A stretch of DNA of 61,350 nt, counting the filler, from Hausera hauseri (Eukaryota): the NCBI GenBank assembly GCA_046269625.1. It is 7 parts of 7 records of this genome, joined end to end, with 100 filler letters (N's around TTAATTAATTAA, not from the genome) between each part and the next. Parts side by side here need not be neighbours in the genome. Positions count along the whole stretch, not along the records: positions 1 to 25,502 come from JBJURY010000013.1; positions 25,603 to 31,069 come from JBJURY010248182.1; 5 more parts are not named here. One strand, 5' to 3'. Below the pieces are notes generated by a model. It searched no databases and had not been told where the DNA came from. It saw only the letters and a list, made by a program, of their open reading frames with translations. A program made the position numbers and the translations under genes. Each line of letters begins with the position of its first letter. Positions within the stretch are counted from its first letter, which is position 1. This document shows positions 15,001-28,261 of the stretch, one piece after another.

Positions 15001-18000
15001 TTCCCATCCCGTAGAATAATGGATACTCGCACAGAGTGGGATTCACTATTCCCACCCACTTGAACAAAGCATTATGGTGCAGAGTGGCTTTCACTATTCC
15101 CATCCCCTAGAATAAAGCATACTGGCACAGAGTGGGTTTCACAATTTCCACCCCTTGAACAAAGCATTCTGGCACAGAGTGTGTTTCACAATTCCCACCC
15201 ATGGAAGACAGCATTCTGGAACAGAGTGGGTTTCACTCTTCCCACCCCCAGGATCACAGCATTCTGGCGCAGAGTGTGTTTCACTATTCCCATTCCTTAG
15301 AATACCGTATACAGGAGCAGAGTGGGATTTACTATTCTAACCTCCTGGAACACAGCATTCCCGCACAGAGTAGGTTGCACTATTCCCAACTCCTGGTGTA
15401 CAGTATTCTGCTGAACACTAGGATTCACTATTCCTCCCACCTGGAACAGTGCATTCTGGCACAGAGTGGGCTTCACTATTCCCATCCCCTGAACACACCA
15501 TTCTGGCGCAGAGTTTGTTTTTCTATTTCCATACGCTAAAAAACGCATTCTGTCGCAGAGTTGGATTCACCATTCCCACCTCCTGGAACACAGCATTGTG
15601 GTGAACAGTAGGATTCACTATTCGTCCCCCCCCCCTGGAAGAGAGCATTCAGCCGCAGAGTGGGTTTCACTCTCCCCACACGCTGGAATACAGCATTCAG
15701 GCGCAGAGTGAGTTTCACTCTTCCAATACCTTAGAATACCGCATTCCGGCGCAGAGTGGGTTTCACTATTCTCACCTCCTGGAACACAGCATTCTGGTAC
15801 AGAGTGGGTTTTACTACTCCGATCCCCTAGAATAAAGCATACTTGCACAGAGTGGGTTCCACTATTCGCACCCATTTGATCAAACCATTAGGGGGCAGAG
15901 TGGGTTTCACTATTCCCATCCCCTACAATAAAGCATACTGCCACAGAGTGGGTTTCACAATTCACACCCCTGGAACACAGCTTCCTGGAACAGAGTGGAT
16001 TTCAAAATTCCCACCCATGGAACATAGCATTCTGGAACAGAGTTGGTTTCACTCTTCCAATACTTTAGAATACCGCATTCCGGCGCAGAGTGGGTTTCAC
16101 TATTCTCACCTCCTGGAACACAGCACTCTGGTACAGAGTGGGTTTACCATTCCCATCACCTAGAATCAAGCATACTGGCACAGAGTGGGTTTCACTATTC
16201 CCAGCCCCTGGAACACAGCATTCTGGTGCAGAGTAGGATTCACTATTCCCCACCCCCTGGAATAAAGCATTCTCGCACAAAGAGGGCATCACTATTCTCA
16301 CCCCCTGGATCACAACATTCTGGCGCAGAGTGGGTTTCACCATTCTCACCTTCTGGAACACAGTATTTTGGCAAAAGGTGGGATTCACTATTCCCACCTC
16401 CTGGAACACAGCATTCTGGAGAAGAGTAGGATTCACTATTCCTCCCCCGCTGGATCAGAGCATTCTGGCACAGAGTGGGTTTCACTGTCCCCACCACCTG
16501 GAATACAGCATTGTGGCGCAGAGTGGGATTACTATTTCCATACATTAGAATACCGCATTCCGGCGCAGAGTGGGTTTCACTATTCTCATCTCCTGGAACA
16601 CAGCATTCTGGTACAGAGTGGGTGTTACTATTCCCATCCCCTAGATTAAAGCATACTCGCACAGAGTGGGTTTCACTGTCCCCACCACCTGGAATAGAGA
16701 ATTGTGGCGCAGAGTGGGTTTTACTATTCCCAGACCTTAGAATACCGCATACCGGCGCAGAGTGGGATTCACTATTCTCACCTCCTGGAACACAGTACTC
16801 TGGTGAATAGTAGGATTCTCTATTCCTCGCCCTGGCACACAGCATTCTGGTACACAGTGGGTTTTACTATTCCCATCCCCTAGAATAAAGCATTCTGGCG
16901 CAGATTGGATTTCACCTATCTCACCCCCTGGAACACAGTATTCTGGCAAAGGGTGGGTTTCTCTATTCCCAGCCCCTGGAACACAGCATTCTGGTGCAGA
17001 GTAGGATTCACTATTCCCCACCCCACTAGAGTAAAGCATTCTGGCGCACAGTGGGTTTCACCTTTCTCACCCCCTGGAACACAGTATTCTTGCAAAGGTT
17101 GGGTTTCACTATTCCCACCTCCTGGAACACAGCATTCTGGTGAACAGTAGGATTCACAATTCTTCCCCCCTGGAACAAAGCATTCCGGCGCAGTGTGGGT
17201 TTCACTATTCTCACCTCCTGGAACACAGCATTCTGGCGCCGTGTGGGTTTTACTATTCCCATCCCCTAAAATAAAGCATACTGGCACAGAGTGGGTTTCA
17301 CTATTCACATCCCCTGGAACACAGCATTCTGGTGCAGAGTAGGATTCTCTATTCCCCACCCCCTGGAGAAAAGCATTCTCGCACAAAGCGGGTATAACTA
17401 TTCCCACCCCCTGGATCACAGCATTCTGGCGCAGAGTAGGATTCACTATTCCACACTTCACTAGAGTAAAGCATTCTGGCACAAAGTGGGTATCACTATT
17501 CCCGCCTCCTGGAACACAGCATTCTAGCGCAGAGTGGGTTTCACCATACTCACCCCCTAGAAAACAGTATTCTGGCAATGGGTTGGTTTAACATTCCCAC
17601 CTCCTGGAAAAAAGCATTCTGGTGAACAGTAGGATTCACTATTCTTACCCCCTGGAACAAAGCATTCTGGCACAGAGTGAGTTTCACTCTCCCTAACCCC
17701 TGTAACACAGCATTCTGGCGCAGAGTTTGTTTTTTTATTCCAATACCGTACAAAAACGCATTCTGTCGCAGAGTTGGATTCACCATTCGCACCTCCCGAA
17801 AAGCAGCATTCCGGCGCAATGTGGGTTTCACTATTCTCAACTCCTGGAACACAGTATTCTGGCCCAGTGTGGGTTTTACTATTCCCATCCTCTAGAATAA
17901 AGCATACTGGCACAGAGTGGGTTTCACTATATCCACCCCTTGAACAAAGCATTATGGCGCAGAGTGGGTTTCACTATTCCCATCCCCTAGATTAAAGCAT

Positions 18001-21000
18001 ACTGGCACAGAGTGGGTTTCACAATTCCCACCCCTGGAACACAGCATTCTGGTGAACAGTAGGATACACTATTCCTCACGCCCTGGAACAATGCATTCTG
18101 GCACCGAATGGGATTCACTCTTCCCACCCCATGGAACACAGTATTCTGGCGCAGAGTGGGTTTCACTATTCCCGTAACCTAGAATACCGCATTCCGGCGC
18201 AGAGTGGGTTTCACTCTTCTCACCTCCTGGAAAACAGCATTCTGGTACAGACTGGGTTTTACAATTCCCATCCCCTAGAATAAAGCATACTGGCACAGAG
18301 TGGGTATCACAATTCCCACCCCTGGAACACAGCATCTGGAACACAGTGTGTTTTACTATTCCCAACCCCTGGAACACAGCATTGTGGTGCAGAGTGCATT
18401 TTACTATACTCACCTATTGGAATACAAAATTCTGGCACAGAGTGGGTTTCTCTACTCCCACTACCTGGAACACAGCATTCTGTCGCATGGTGGGTTGCAC
18501 CATTCTCACCCCCTGGAACACAGAATTCTGACAAAGGGTGGGCTTCACTATTCCCAGCCCCTGGAACACAGCATACTGACACAGAGTGGGTTTCACTATT
18601 CCCACCCCCTGGAACACAACATTCTGGCGCAGAGTGGGTTTCACAATTTTCAACCCCTAGAACACAGTATACTTGCAAAGGGTGGGTTTCACTATTCCCA
18701 GCCCCTGGAACACAGCATTCTCGTCCAGAGTAGGATTCACTATTCCCCACACCCGTGGAACACTGCATTCTGGTGCACACTAGGATTCACTATTCCTCAC
18801 CCCCTGGAACAATGCATTCTGGTACATATAGGGTATCACTCTTCCCACCCACTGGAACACAGCATTCTGGCGCACAGTGGGTTTCACTATTCCCATACAA
18901 TACAATACCGCATTCTGGCGCAGTGTTGGATTCACTATTCCCACGTCCTGCAACACAGCATTCTGGTGAACAGAAGGATTCACTATTTCTCACCCCCTGG
19001 AAAAATGCATTCTGGCACAGAGTGGGTTTCACTATTCCCATCCCCTGAACACAGCATTCTGGCGCAGAGTTGGATTCACTATTCCCGCCTCCTGGAACAG
19101 AGCATTCTGGTGAACAGTAGGATTCACTATTCCTCACCCCCAGAAACAATGCATTCTTGCACAGATTGGGTTTCACTATTCCCATCCCCTGAACACAGCA
19201 TTCTGGAGCAGAGTGGGTTTCACTATTCCCATACCCTAGAATACCGCATTCCGGCGCAGAATGTGTTTCACTCTTCTCACCTCCTAGAACACAGCTAGGA
19301 GGTACAGACTGGGTTTTACTATTCCCATCCCCTAGAATAAAGCATACTGGCACAGAGTGGGCTTCACAATTCCCACCCCTGGATCACAGCACTCTGGAAC
19401 ACAGTGGGTTTTACTATTCCCAACCCCTGGAACACAGATTTCTGGAACAGAGTGGGTTTCTCTACTCCCACCACCTGGAACACAGCATTCTGGAGAAGAG
19501 TGGGTATCTCAATTCCCACCCTTAAAACACAGCATCGGGAACACAGTGTATTTTACTATTCCCAACCCCTGGAACACTGAATTCTGGTGCAGAGTAGGAT
19601 TCACTATTCCTCACACCCTGGAACAATGCATTCTGGCACATGTAGGGTTTCACTATTCCCACACCCTGGAACACAGCATTCTGGCGCACAGTGGGTTTCA
19701 CTATTCCCATACATTACAATACCGCATTCTGCCGCAGTGGTGAATTGACTAATTCCACCTCCTGGAACACAGCATTCTGGTGAACAGTAGGATTAACTAT
19801 TCCTCCCCCCTTGGAAGAAAGCATTCTGAAACAGAGTGGGTTTCACTATTCCCATCCCCTAAACACCGCATTCTGGGGAAGAGTTTGTTTTTCTATTCCC
19901 ATACCCTAGATTAACGCATTCTGTCGCAAATTTCGATTCACCATTCCCAACTCCTGGAACACAGCATTCTGGTGAACACTAGGATTCACTATTCCTACCC
20001 CCTGGAACAATGCATTCTGGCACAGAGTGCGTTTTACTATTCTCACCTATTGGAATACAAAATTCTGGCACAGAGTGGGTTTATCTACTCCCACCACCTG
20101 CAACACAGCATTCCGGCACAGAGTGGGGTTCTCTATTCCCAGCCCCTGGAACACAGCATTCTGGTGCAGAGTAGAATTCACTATTCCCCACCCCCTGGAA
20201 TAAAGCATTCTGGCACAAAGTGGGTATCACTATTCCCACCCCCTGGATCACAGCATTCTGGCACACAGTGGGTTTCACTCTTCTCACCTCCTGGAACACA
20301 GCATTTTGTAGAGAGTGGGTTTCACAATTCCCACCCGTGGAAAACAGCATTCTGGAACAGAGTAGGTTTCACTCTTCCCACCCCCTGGATCACAGCATTC
20401 TGCTGCAGAGTAGTATTCACTATTCCCCACCCCCTGGAATAAAGCATTTTCGCACAAAGCGGTTATCACTATTCCCACCCCCTGGATCACAGAATTCTGG
20501 CGGAGAGTGGGTTTCACCATTCTCACCCCCTGGAACACAGTATTCTGGCAAAGGGTGGGTTTCTCTATCTTCAGCCCCTGGAACACAGCATTCTGGTGCA
20601 GAATAGGATTCACTATTCCCCACCCCCACTGCAATAAAGCATTCTCGCACAAAGCGGGTATCACTATTCTTACCCCCTGGATCACAGCATTCTGGCGCAG
20701 AGTGGGTTTCACCATTCTCACCCCCTGGAACACAGTATTCTGGCAAAGGGTGGGTTGCTCTATTCCCAGCACCTGAAACACAGCATTCTGGTGCAGAGTA
20801 GAATTTCCTATTCCCCACCCCACTGGAATAAAGCATTCTGGCACAAAGCGCGTTTTACTCTCCCCACCCCCTGTAACACAGCATTCTGGCGCAGAGTTTG
20901 TTTTTCTATTCCCATACCGTACAAAAACGCATTCTGTCGCAGAGTTGGATTCACCATTCGCACCTGCCGAAAAGCAGCATTCCGGCGCAGTGTGGGTTTC

Positions 21001-24000
21001 ACTATTTTCATCTCCTGGAAAACAGTATTCTGGCACAGTGTGGGTTTTACTATTCCCATCACCTAGAATAAAGCATATTGGCACAGAGTGGGTTTCACTA
21101 TTCCCATCCCCTGAACACAGCATTCTGGCGTAGAGTGGGTTTCACTATTCCCATACACTACAATACCGCATTCTGGCGCAGTGTTGGATTCACTATTCCC
21201 ACCTCCTGGAACACAGCATTCTGGTGAACAGTAGGATTCACTATTCCACCCCCCCCTGGAACAAAGCATTCTGGCGCAGAGTGGGTTTCAGTATTCCCAT
21301 CTTTTAGATTAAGGCATACTGGCACAGAGTGGGTTTCACAATTCCCACCCCTGGAACACAGCATTCTGGTGAACAGTAAGAAATACTATTCCTCACGCCC
21401 TGGAACAATGCATTCTGGCACCGAATGGGTTGCACTTGTCCCACCCCCTGGAACACAGCATTCTGGAGCAGAGTGGGTTTCACTATTCCCATAACCTAGA
21501 ATACCGCATTTCGGCGCAGAGTGGGTTTCACTATTCTCACCTCCTGGAACACAGCATTCTGGTACAGACTGGGTTTTACAATTCCCATCCCCTAGAATAA
21601 AGCATACTGGCACAGAGTGGGTTTCACAATTCCCACCCTTGGAACACAGCATCTTGAAAACAGTGTGTTTTACCATTCCCAACCCCTGGAACACCGCATT
21701 CTGGTGCAGAGTGCGTTTTACTATTCTCCCCTATTGGAATACAAAATTCTGGCACAGAGTGGGTTTCTCTACTCCCACCACCTGGAACACAGCATTCTGG
21801 TGCAGAGTGGGATTCACTATTCCCCACCCCCCTGGAACACTGCATTCTGGTGCAGAGTAGGATTCACTATTCCCCACCCCACTGGAATAAAGCATTCCGG
21901 CACAAAGCGGGTTTCACTCTCCCCAACACCTGTAACACAGCATTCTGGCGCAGAGTTTATTTTTCTATTCCCTTACCGTACAAAAACGCATTCTGTCGCA
22001 GAGTTGGATTCACCTTTCGCACCTCCCGAAAAGCAGCATTCCGGCCCAGTGTGGGTTTCACTATTCTCACCTCCTGGAACACAGTATTCCGGCACAGTGT
22101 GGGTTTTACTATTCCCATCCCCTAGAATAAAGCATACTGGCACAGAGTGAGTTTCACTATTCCCACCCCCTTGAACAAAGCATTATGGCGCAGAGTGGAT
22201 TTCACTGTTCCCATCCCTTAAAATAAAGCATACTGGCACAGAGTGCGTTTCTCTACTCTCACCACCTGGAAAACAACATTCTGGCGCAGAGTGGGTTTCA
22301 CCTTTCTCAACCCCTGGAACACAGTATTCTGGCAAAGGGTGGGTTTCACTACTCCCATCCCCTGAACACAGCATTCTGGCGCAGAGTGGGTTTCACTATT
22401 CCCATACACCACAATACCGCATTCTGGCGCAGTGTTGGATTCACTATTCCCACCTCCTGGTACACAGCATTCTGGTGAACAGTAGGATTAACTATTCCTC
22501 CCGCCCTTGGAAGAAAGAATTCTGGTACAGAGTGGGTTTCACTATTCCCATCCCCTGAACACAGCATTCTGGCGCATAGTTTGTTTATCTGTTCCCATAC
22601 CCTAGATTAACGCATTCTGTCGCAGAGTGGGATTCACCATTCCCACCTCCTGGAACACAGCATTCTGGTGAACACTAGGATTCACTATGCCTCACCCCCT
22701 GGAACAATGCATTCTGGCACAGAGTGGGTTTCACTATTCCCATCCCCTGAACACAGCATTCTGGCGCAGAGTGGGTTTCACTATTCGCATACCCTAGAAT
22801 ACCGCATTCCGGCGCACATTGGGTTTCACTCTTCTCATCTCCTAGAACACAGCATTCTGGCACAGAGTGGGTTTGTCTTCTCCCACCACCTGGAACACAG
22901 AATTCTGGCAAAGGGTGGGTTTCACTATTCCCAGCCCCTGGAACACAGCATTCTGGGTCAGAGTAGGATTCACTATTCCCGACATCCCTGGAACACTGCA
23001 TTCTGCTGCAGAGTAGGATTCACTATTCCTCACCCCGTGGAACAATGCATTCTGGCACATGTAGGGTTTCACTATTCCCACCCCCTGGAACACAGCATTC
23101 TGGCGCAGTGTGGGTTTCACTATTCCCATCCTCTGAACACAGCATTCTGGCGCAGAGTGGGTTTCACTATTCCAATACATTACAATACCACATTGTGGCG
23201 CAGTGTTGGATTCACTATTCCCATCTCCTGGAACACAGCATTCTGGTGAACAGTAAGATTCACTATTTCACCCCCCCCCCCTGGAAAAAAGCATTCTGGC
23301 GCAGAGTTTGTTTCTCTGTTCTCATACCTTAGAATAACGCATTCCGTCGCAGAGTTGGATTCATTATTCCCACCTCCTGGAACACAGCATTCTGGAACAG
23401 AGTGGGTTTCACTCTCCCCACCACCTGGAACACAGCATTCTGGCGCGGAGTGGGTTTCACCATTCTCACCCTTGGAAAACATTATTCTGGCGCACAGTGG
23501 GTTTTACTATTCCCATACCCAAGAATACCGCATTCCGGCGCAGAGTGGGTTTCACTCTTCTCACCTCCTGGAATACAGAATTCTTGTACAGACTGGGGTT
23601 TACTATTCCCATCCCCTAGAATAAAACATACTGGCACAGAGTGGGCTTCACAATTCCCACCCCTGGAACACAGCATTCTGGCACAGAGTGGGTTTCACAA
23701 TTCCCAGCCCCTGGAACACAACATTCTGGCGCAGAGTGGGTTTTACCATTCTCTCCCTCTGGAACACAGTATTCTGGCAAAGGGTGGGTTACACTATTCC
23801 CAACCCCTGGAACACAGCATTATGGTGCAGTGTAGGATGCACTATTCCCCACCCCCCTCGATTAAAGCATTCTGTCACAAAGTGGGTTTTACTATTCCCA
23901 CCCCTTGGAACACAGGATTCTGGAACAGAGTGGGTTTCTCTACTCCCACGACCTGGAACACAGCATTCTAGCGCAGAGTGGGTTTCACCATTCTCACCCC

Positions 24001-25502
24001 CTGGAACACAGCATTCTGGCAAAGGGTGGGTTTTACTATTCCCAACCCCTGGAACACAGCATTCTGGTGCAGAGTAGGATTCACTATTCCTCACCCCCTG
24101 GAGCAATGCATTCTGGTATATATGGGGTTTCACTCTTCCCACACGCTGGAACACAGCATTCTGGCGCAGAGTGGGTTTCACTATTTTCATACATTGCAAT
24201 ACCGCATTCTGGCGCAGTGTTGGATTTACTATTTCCATCTCCTGGATCACAGCATTCTGGTGAACAGTAGAATTCACTATTCCTCACCCCATGGAACAAT
24301 GCGTTCTGGCACAGAGAGGGTTTCACTATTCCCATCCCCTGAACACCGTATTCTGGCGCAGAGTTTGTTTTTCTATTCCCATACCCTAGAATACCGCATT
24401 TTGTTGCAGAGCTGGATTCACTATTCCCACCTCCTCAAACAGTGCATTCTGGTGAACAGAAGGATTCACTATTCCACCCCCCCTGGAACAAAGCATTTGG
24501 CACAGAATGGGTTTTACTCTTCCCACCCCATGGAACACAGCATACTGGCGCAGAGTGGGTTTCACTATTCACATACCCTAGATTACCGCATTCTGTCGCA
24601 GAGTTGGATTCACTATTCCCACCTCCTGGAACGGAGCATTCTGGTAAACAGTAGGATTTACTATTACAAAACCTGGAACAAACCATTCTGGCACAGAGTG
24701 GGTTTCACTTTTCCAACCCCCTGGAATACAGCATTCTGGCGCAGAGAGGGTTTCACTATTCCCATACCCTAGAATACCCCATTCCGGCGCAGAGTGGGTT
24801 TCACTCTTCCCACCCCCTGGAATACAGAATTCTGGCGAAGAATAGGTTTCACCATTCTCACCCCCTGGAACACAGAATTCTGGCAAAGGGTGGGTTTCAC
24901 TATTCCCAGCCCCTGGAATACAGAATTCTGGCAAAGGGTGGGTTTTACTATTCCCAGCCCCTGGTACACAGCATTGTGGCGCCGAGTAGGATACATTATT
25001 CCCCACCCCCCTGGAACACTGCATTCTGGTGCACAGTGGGTTTCACTATTCCCATGCACTACAATACCGCATTCTGGCGCAGTGTTGGATTCACTATTTT
25101 CACCTCCTGGAACACAGCATTGCTGGTGAACAGTAGGATTAACTATTCCTCCCGCCTTGGAAGAAAACATTCTGGAACAGAGTGGGTTTCAGTATACCCA
25201 TCCCTTGAACACAGCATTCTGGCGAAAGGTTTGTTTTTCTATTCCCATACCTTAGATTAACGCATTCTGTCGCAAAGTTCGAATCACCATTCCCAACTCC
25301 TGGAACACAGCATTCTGGCAAACAGTAGGATTCATTATTCCTACCCCCTGGAACAATGCATTCTGGCACAGAATGGGTTTCACTATTCCCATCCCCTGAA
25401 CACAGCATTCTGGCGCAGAGTGGGATTCACTATTCCCATACACTACAATACCGCATTCTGGCGCAGTGTTGGATTCACTATTCCCACCTCCTGGAACACA
25501 GC
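1..25502. repeat. Satellite DNA array, ~48-bp monomer (roughly 530 diverged copies), consensus CTGGAACACAGCATTCTGGCACAGAGTGGGTTTCACTATTCCCACCCC
   Basis: Continuous head-to-tail repetition from base 1 to the gap; 16-aa periodicity in translated ORFs (FPPPGTQHSGTEWVSL); major variant CTAGAATAAAGC vs CTGGAACACAGC. Confidence 0.97.
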
Positions 25503-25602
25503 NNNNNNNNNNNNNNNNNNNNNNNNNNNNNNNNNNNNNNNNNNNNTTAATTAATTAANNNNNNNNNNNNNNNNNNNNNNNNNNNNNNNNNNNNNNNNNN
25601 NN
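25503..25602. other. Assembly gap/linker N44-TTAATTAATTAA-N44
   Basis: Ns flanking a 12-mer with stop codons in all six frames. Confidence 0.99.
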
Positions 25603-26639
25603 ATTTTTCTCCGCTGGGGGGGGGGCGGGTTGACCTAGTATCCTCACTTCCATCTATTATTATTCAACGCAGAGTTTTATGTATCCTATGATTCATCTCT
25701 TGAGCATTTCTCTAGTGCACTATCGGATAGAAGCACTTAAAATTTAGTAACCAAGAAACCTCCGCCATCCGGCGACATGAGTTACGAAAAGAAATTAACA
25801 TCCAATACTGGAACGCCAAATCACGAAAATATAGATAATCTGAATGAGGCAAATATTTCTGGACAAGGTAAACAGATTCGATTGGCAAGTTCATCTTCAG
25901 AAAGGTTCACAAACAACTGTCGTCAAACCAACAAACTCAAATTGTTGCTGTTAAAGTATTACAGTTCAATGCCGAATATTATCAAAGGAAATGGTCTCAT
26001 AACGCATCAACTCGCTGCTTCACTCGTTAAAATTTATGTTGCGGCACAGAAATTCAACAATTCAATATATGAAATTTCATCAAATAGTTTTAAGGCACCA
26101 AAAAGACATTTTTGTCCAATCATGAATTATCACTCAACGAAAAGCCTAGTATCTGTTCCGGTTCGACAAGTAATCGTTTATTCAACAATCGTTCTCGTTC
26201 AACAATAGATTCAGGATCCAATTCGTCTATCCAGGACAATGAATATGCTATAAATAAAACTGAAAAAATTGAAGATAAAACGTTCCACGGCAGCCTTTGT
26301 ATTTGGTAAATCATTTAGTCCGGCAAAATGAATAAATTATCGAAATTACGATGTAACCAGTAATCTAACTTACAAATACATCTTTTGCTTTTATTTCCGT
26401 TACTGGAATTTGAATTTTGCTTTACTGAAATGTGTAAATGATTTTCTTTGGTAATTTTGATCCCGGTCAAAAAATGCTTTGTGGTTTGGATTAGAAAATC
26501 CGTAAAAACTTTCAGAGTAAGAGACAAATGCAGAATTTTTGCCATATGGTCGCTTTGGCCAACCTAATTATTTTTTGTTGCTTCATTATTTGTAATTAGT
26601 ATTAGATTACCGTAATCTGTAGCTGTTGTTCCAACTGTT

Positions 26640-26726
26640 GTTCCAATCTACAACGTATTCACTAGCTGAATTGTTCGGACTAGTCGTCAAACAACTGTTG
26701 CTCGGCAACACCATGTAAATGCATAT
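26640..26726 (-). pseudogene. N-terminal stub of penton-like minor capsid gene
   Basis: Minus strand reads IYMVLPSNSCLTTSPNNSASEYVVDWNN; DNA closely matches 40495-40578 (MSIYMMLPSNSCPTTRPNNSPSEYAVD). Confidence 0.8.
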
Positions 26727-26732
26727 GATTTC

Positions 26733-26756
26733 GATGATGATGATGATGATGATGAT
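26733..26756 (+). repeat. (GAT)8 microsatellite
   Basis: Direct reading. Confidence 0.95.
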
Positions 26757-26829
26757 TTGTAATAATAACAATAATAGTTAGTTGTTTTGCTTGTGTTATA
26801 AACAAAAATGATCATGTACATTATAAGTA

Positions 26830-27312
26830 ATGGCGACAGGTTTTATAGATATTGAAGCTTTTCAAGATAATAATGCCCGGTACCTGATAAAAGAATTATG
26901 CATTAAGGACGTTGGTAACATTCTCGAACCGCTTGTGTATGTATTTAAGCCCGCAATTATGTGGAATCAGTTGACAGAATAGGCGAAAATTACCAATATA
27001 TATCTCACACGACGTCGTCATGGACTTTATTGGTATAAAGGCAATTAAACGTTTTGTGCGCCGTGTATTATGGGAGAGATTTGTGATCGTTTTGACACTG
27101 AAAATACAATATTTTACATTAAAGACCAAATTGACGGACAAAAGTTTACACAACTCCATTTATACTTTTCAGATTTGCAAATGACAACGTATTCGAACAT
27201 CTCGCTGGCGATGGTACCTGACAATATCCGATGTCCGTATCGTTATCATGGACCCCATCGTGCTTACAAAAAATGTCTACGGCTTTGTATTGACTATATT
27301 TTATGCAAATAA
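26830..27312 (+). pseudogene. Polinton accessory gene, DnaQ/DEDD-like fold with Cys/His C-terminus (copy 1, disrupted)
   Basis: MATGFIDIEAF...YLIKELCI (ExoI-like DxE), RRHGLYW, C-terminal CPYRYHG..AYKKCLRL; internal TAG and frameshift; clear DNA similarity to 45713-46206. Confidence 0.6.
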
Positions 27313-27571
27313 ATAAATGTATTCCTCTGTTATTTCTCTGTTCAAAATTATAATTACAGATAGGTTATAATAATAATAAAAATAATGGACTATAATAGAA
27401 ATTGTACACATTTATTACAAATGAATTTAGTATCACGAAGATAATTTGTACCGTTGAGATGAGACAATACTCAAAGTAAATATCTATTGTTTGAAATGAA
27501 AACAAACCGGTATGAACAAATTTAATATAAATAGAGATGCAATTTCCGTTCACGTTTGTCTCTTTTAAACA

Positions 27572-28003
27572 ATGTCTTTGGTGGAAAACAATTCAGCAGG
27601 TGGTGACATTCTCTCAAAAAAGCCACGGTACAGCGAATATTCGCCCAGAAATTCCCGACTGTATAATGGATACAACTTACATTATCTGCGCAACGCTATT
27701 CAATTGCCATTGATTCAAATGGTCAAAATCAAACCGGTGAAATATTGTATATTGGTGACAAAGATCAGCGGCGATGATTTTGATATGATGGGAGACACAA
27801 TTAGAAAAGTTGACAGTAATTTGGTGTTGACCAACGATATCCGATATACATCATCAATTTTTCTCAAAGGAAATATGGCGAAAATTGTCAGTTCACATGG
27901 CGGAGGGCCAGCAGCAGTTTTGCCACCGGAAGGAGCTAAAGGCCGCCTAGCATTGAAGTTGAAAGGATACAAGGATTTGTACGGTGTTAATTCACCACTA
28001 TAG
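27572..28003 (+). CDS. Polinton-associated hypothetical protein (143 aa; stop probably a mutated Trp codon), homologous to 44659-45099
   Basis: Open ORF with TATAAATA at 27526; shares Y.(L/M)HYL...(I/V)Q and RL...L.GYK...G..SP motifs with 44659 ORF. Confidence 0.65.
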   Translation: MSLVENNSAGGDILSKKPRYSEYSPRNSRLYNGYNLHYLRNAIQLPLIQMVKIKPVKYCILVTKISGDDFDMMGDTIRKVDSNLVLTNDIRYTSSIFLKGNMAKIVSSHGGGPAAVLPPEGAKGRLALKLKGYKDLYGVNSPL

Positions 28004-28261
28004 AAGCTGGGAAAGTTTACGCTAATTTGATTTACTTTGTTTTTGATTTTAGCTTATGGTGATTAATGAATTTTATTGATTTTGTTTGTTTTTCATATTA
28101 TTTCTTGTCACATTAAGTTAAATATATAAATTAAATAATAGTAAAACAAAAGGCAAAATCAACGAACAATATACATTATTTATACAATACAAACAAATCA
28201 CAAAGAATTGTCACAGTAATTTGATCTGTCTGCACTGAATTCATGCGTGCGTGTGCGTGTT

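Noticed and set aside
1-25502. Numerous 60-330 aa ORFs with 16-aa periodicity as a repetitive protein gene
   Set aside because: A 48-bp unit keeps several frames open on both strands; frequent indels in C-runs shift frames at random and there is no unique coding flank
1-25502. CRISPR-like array
   Set aside because: No unique spacers between repeats, no cas genes, eukaryotic transposon context
1-25502. Hammerhead ribozyme satellite
   Set aside because: GAAAC occurs on the minus strand but the consensus monomer lacks the CTGANGA core
25547-25558. TTAATTAATTAA as a biological palindrome or piggyBac TTAA site
   Set aside because: Identical and centred in every N gap; an artificial six-frame stop linker
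25777-26309. Protein kinase remnant (GQG...IVAVKVL in mixed frames)
   Set aside because: No HRD or DFG motifs; evidence too thin
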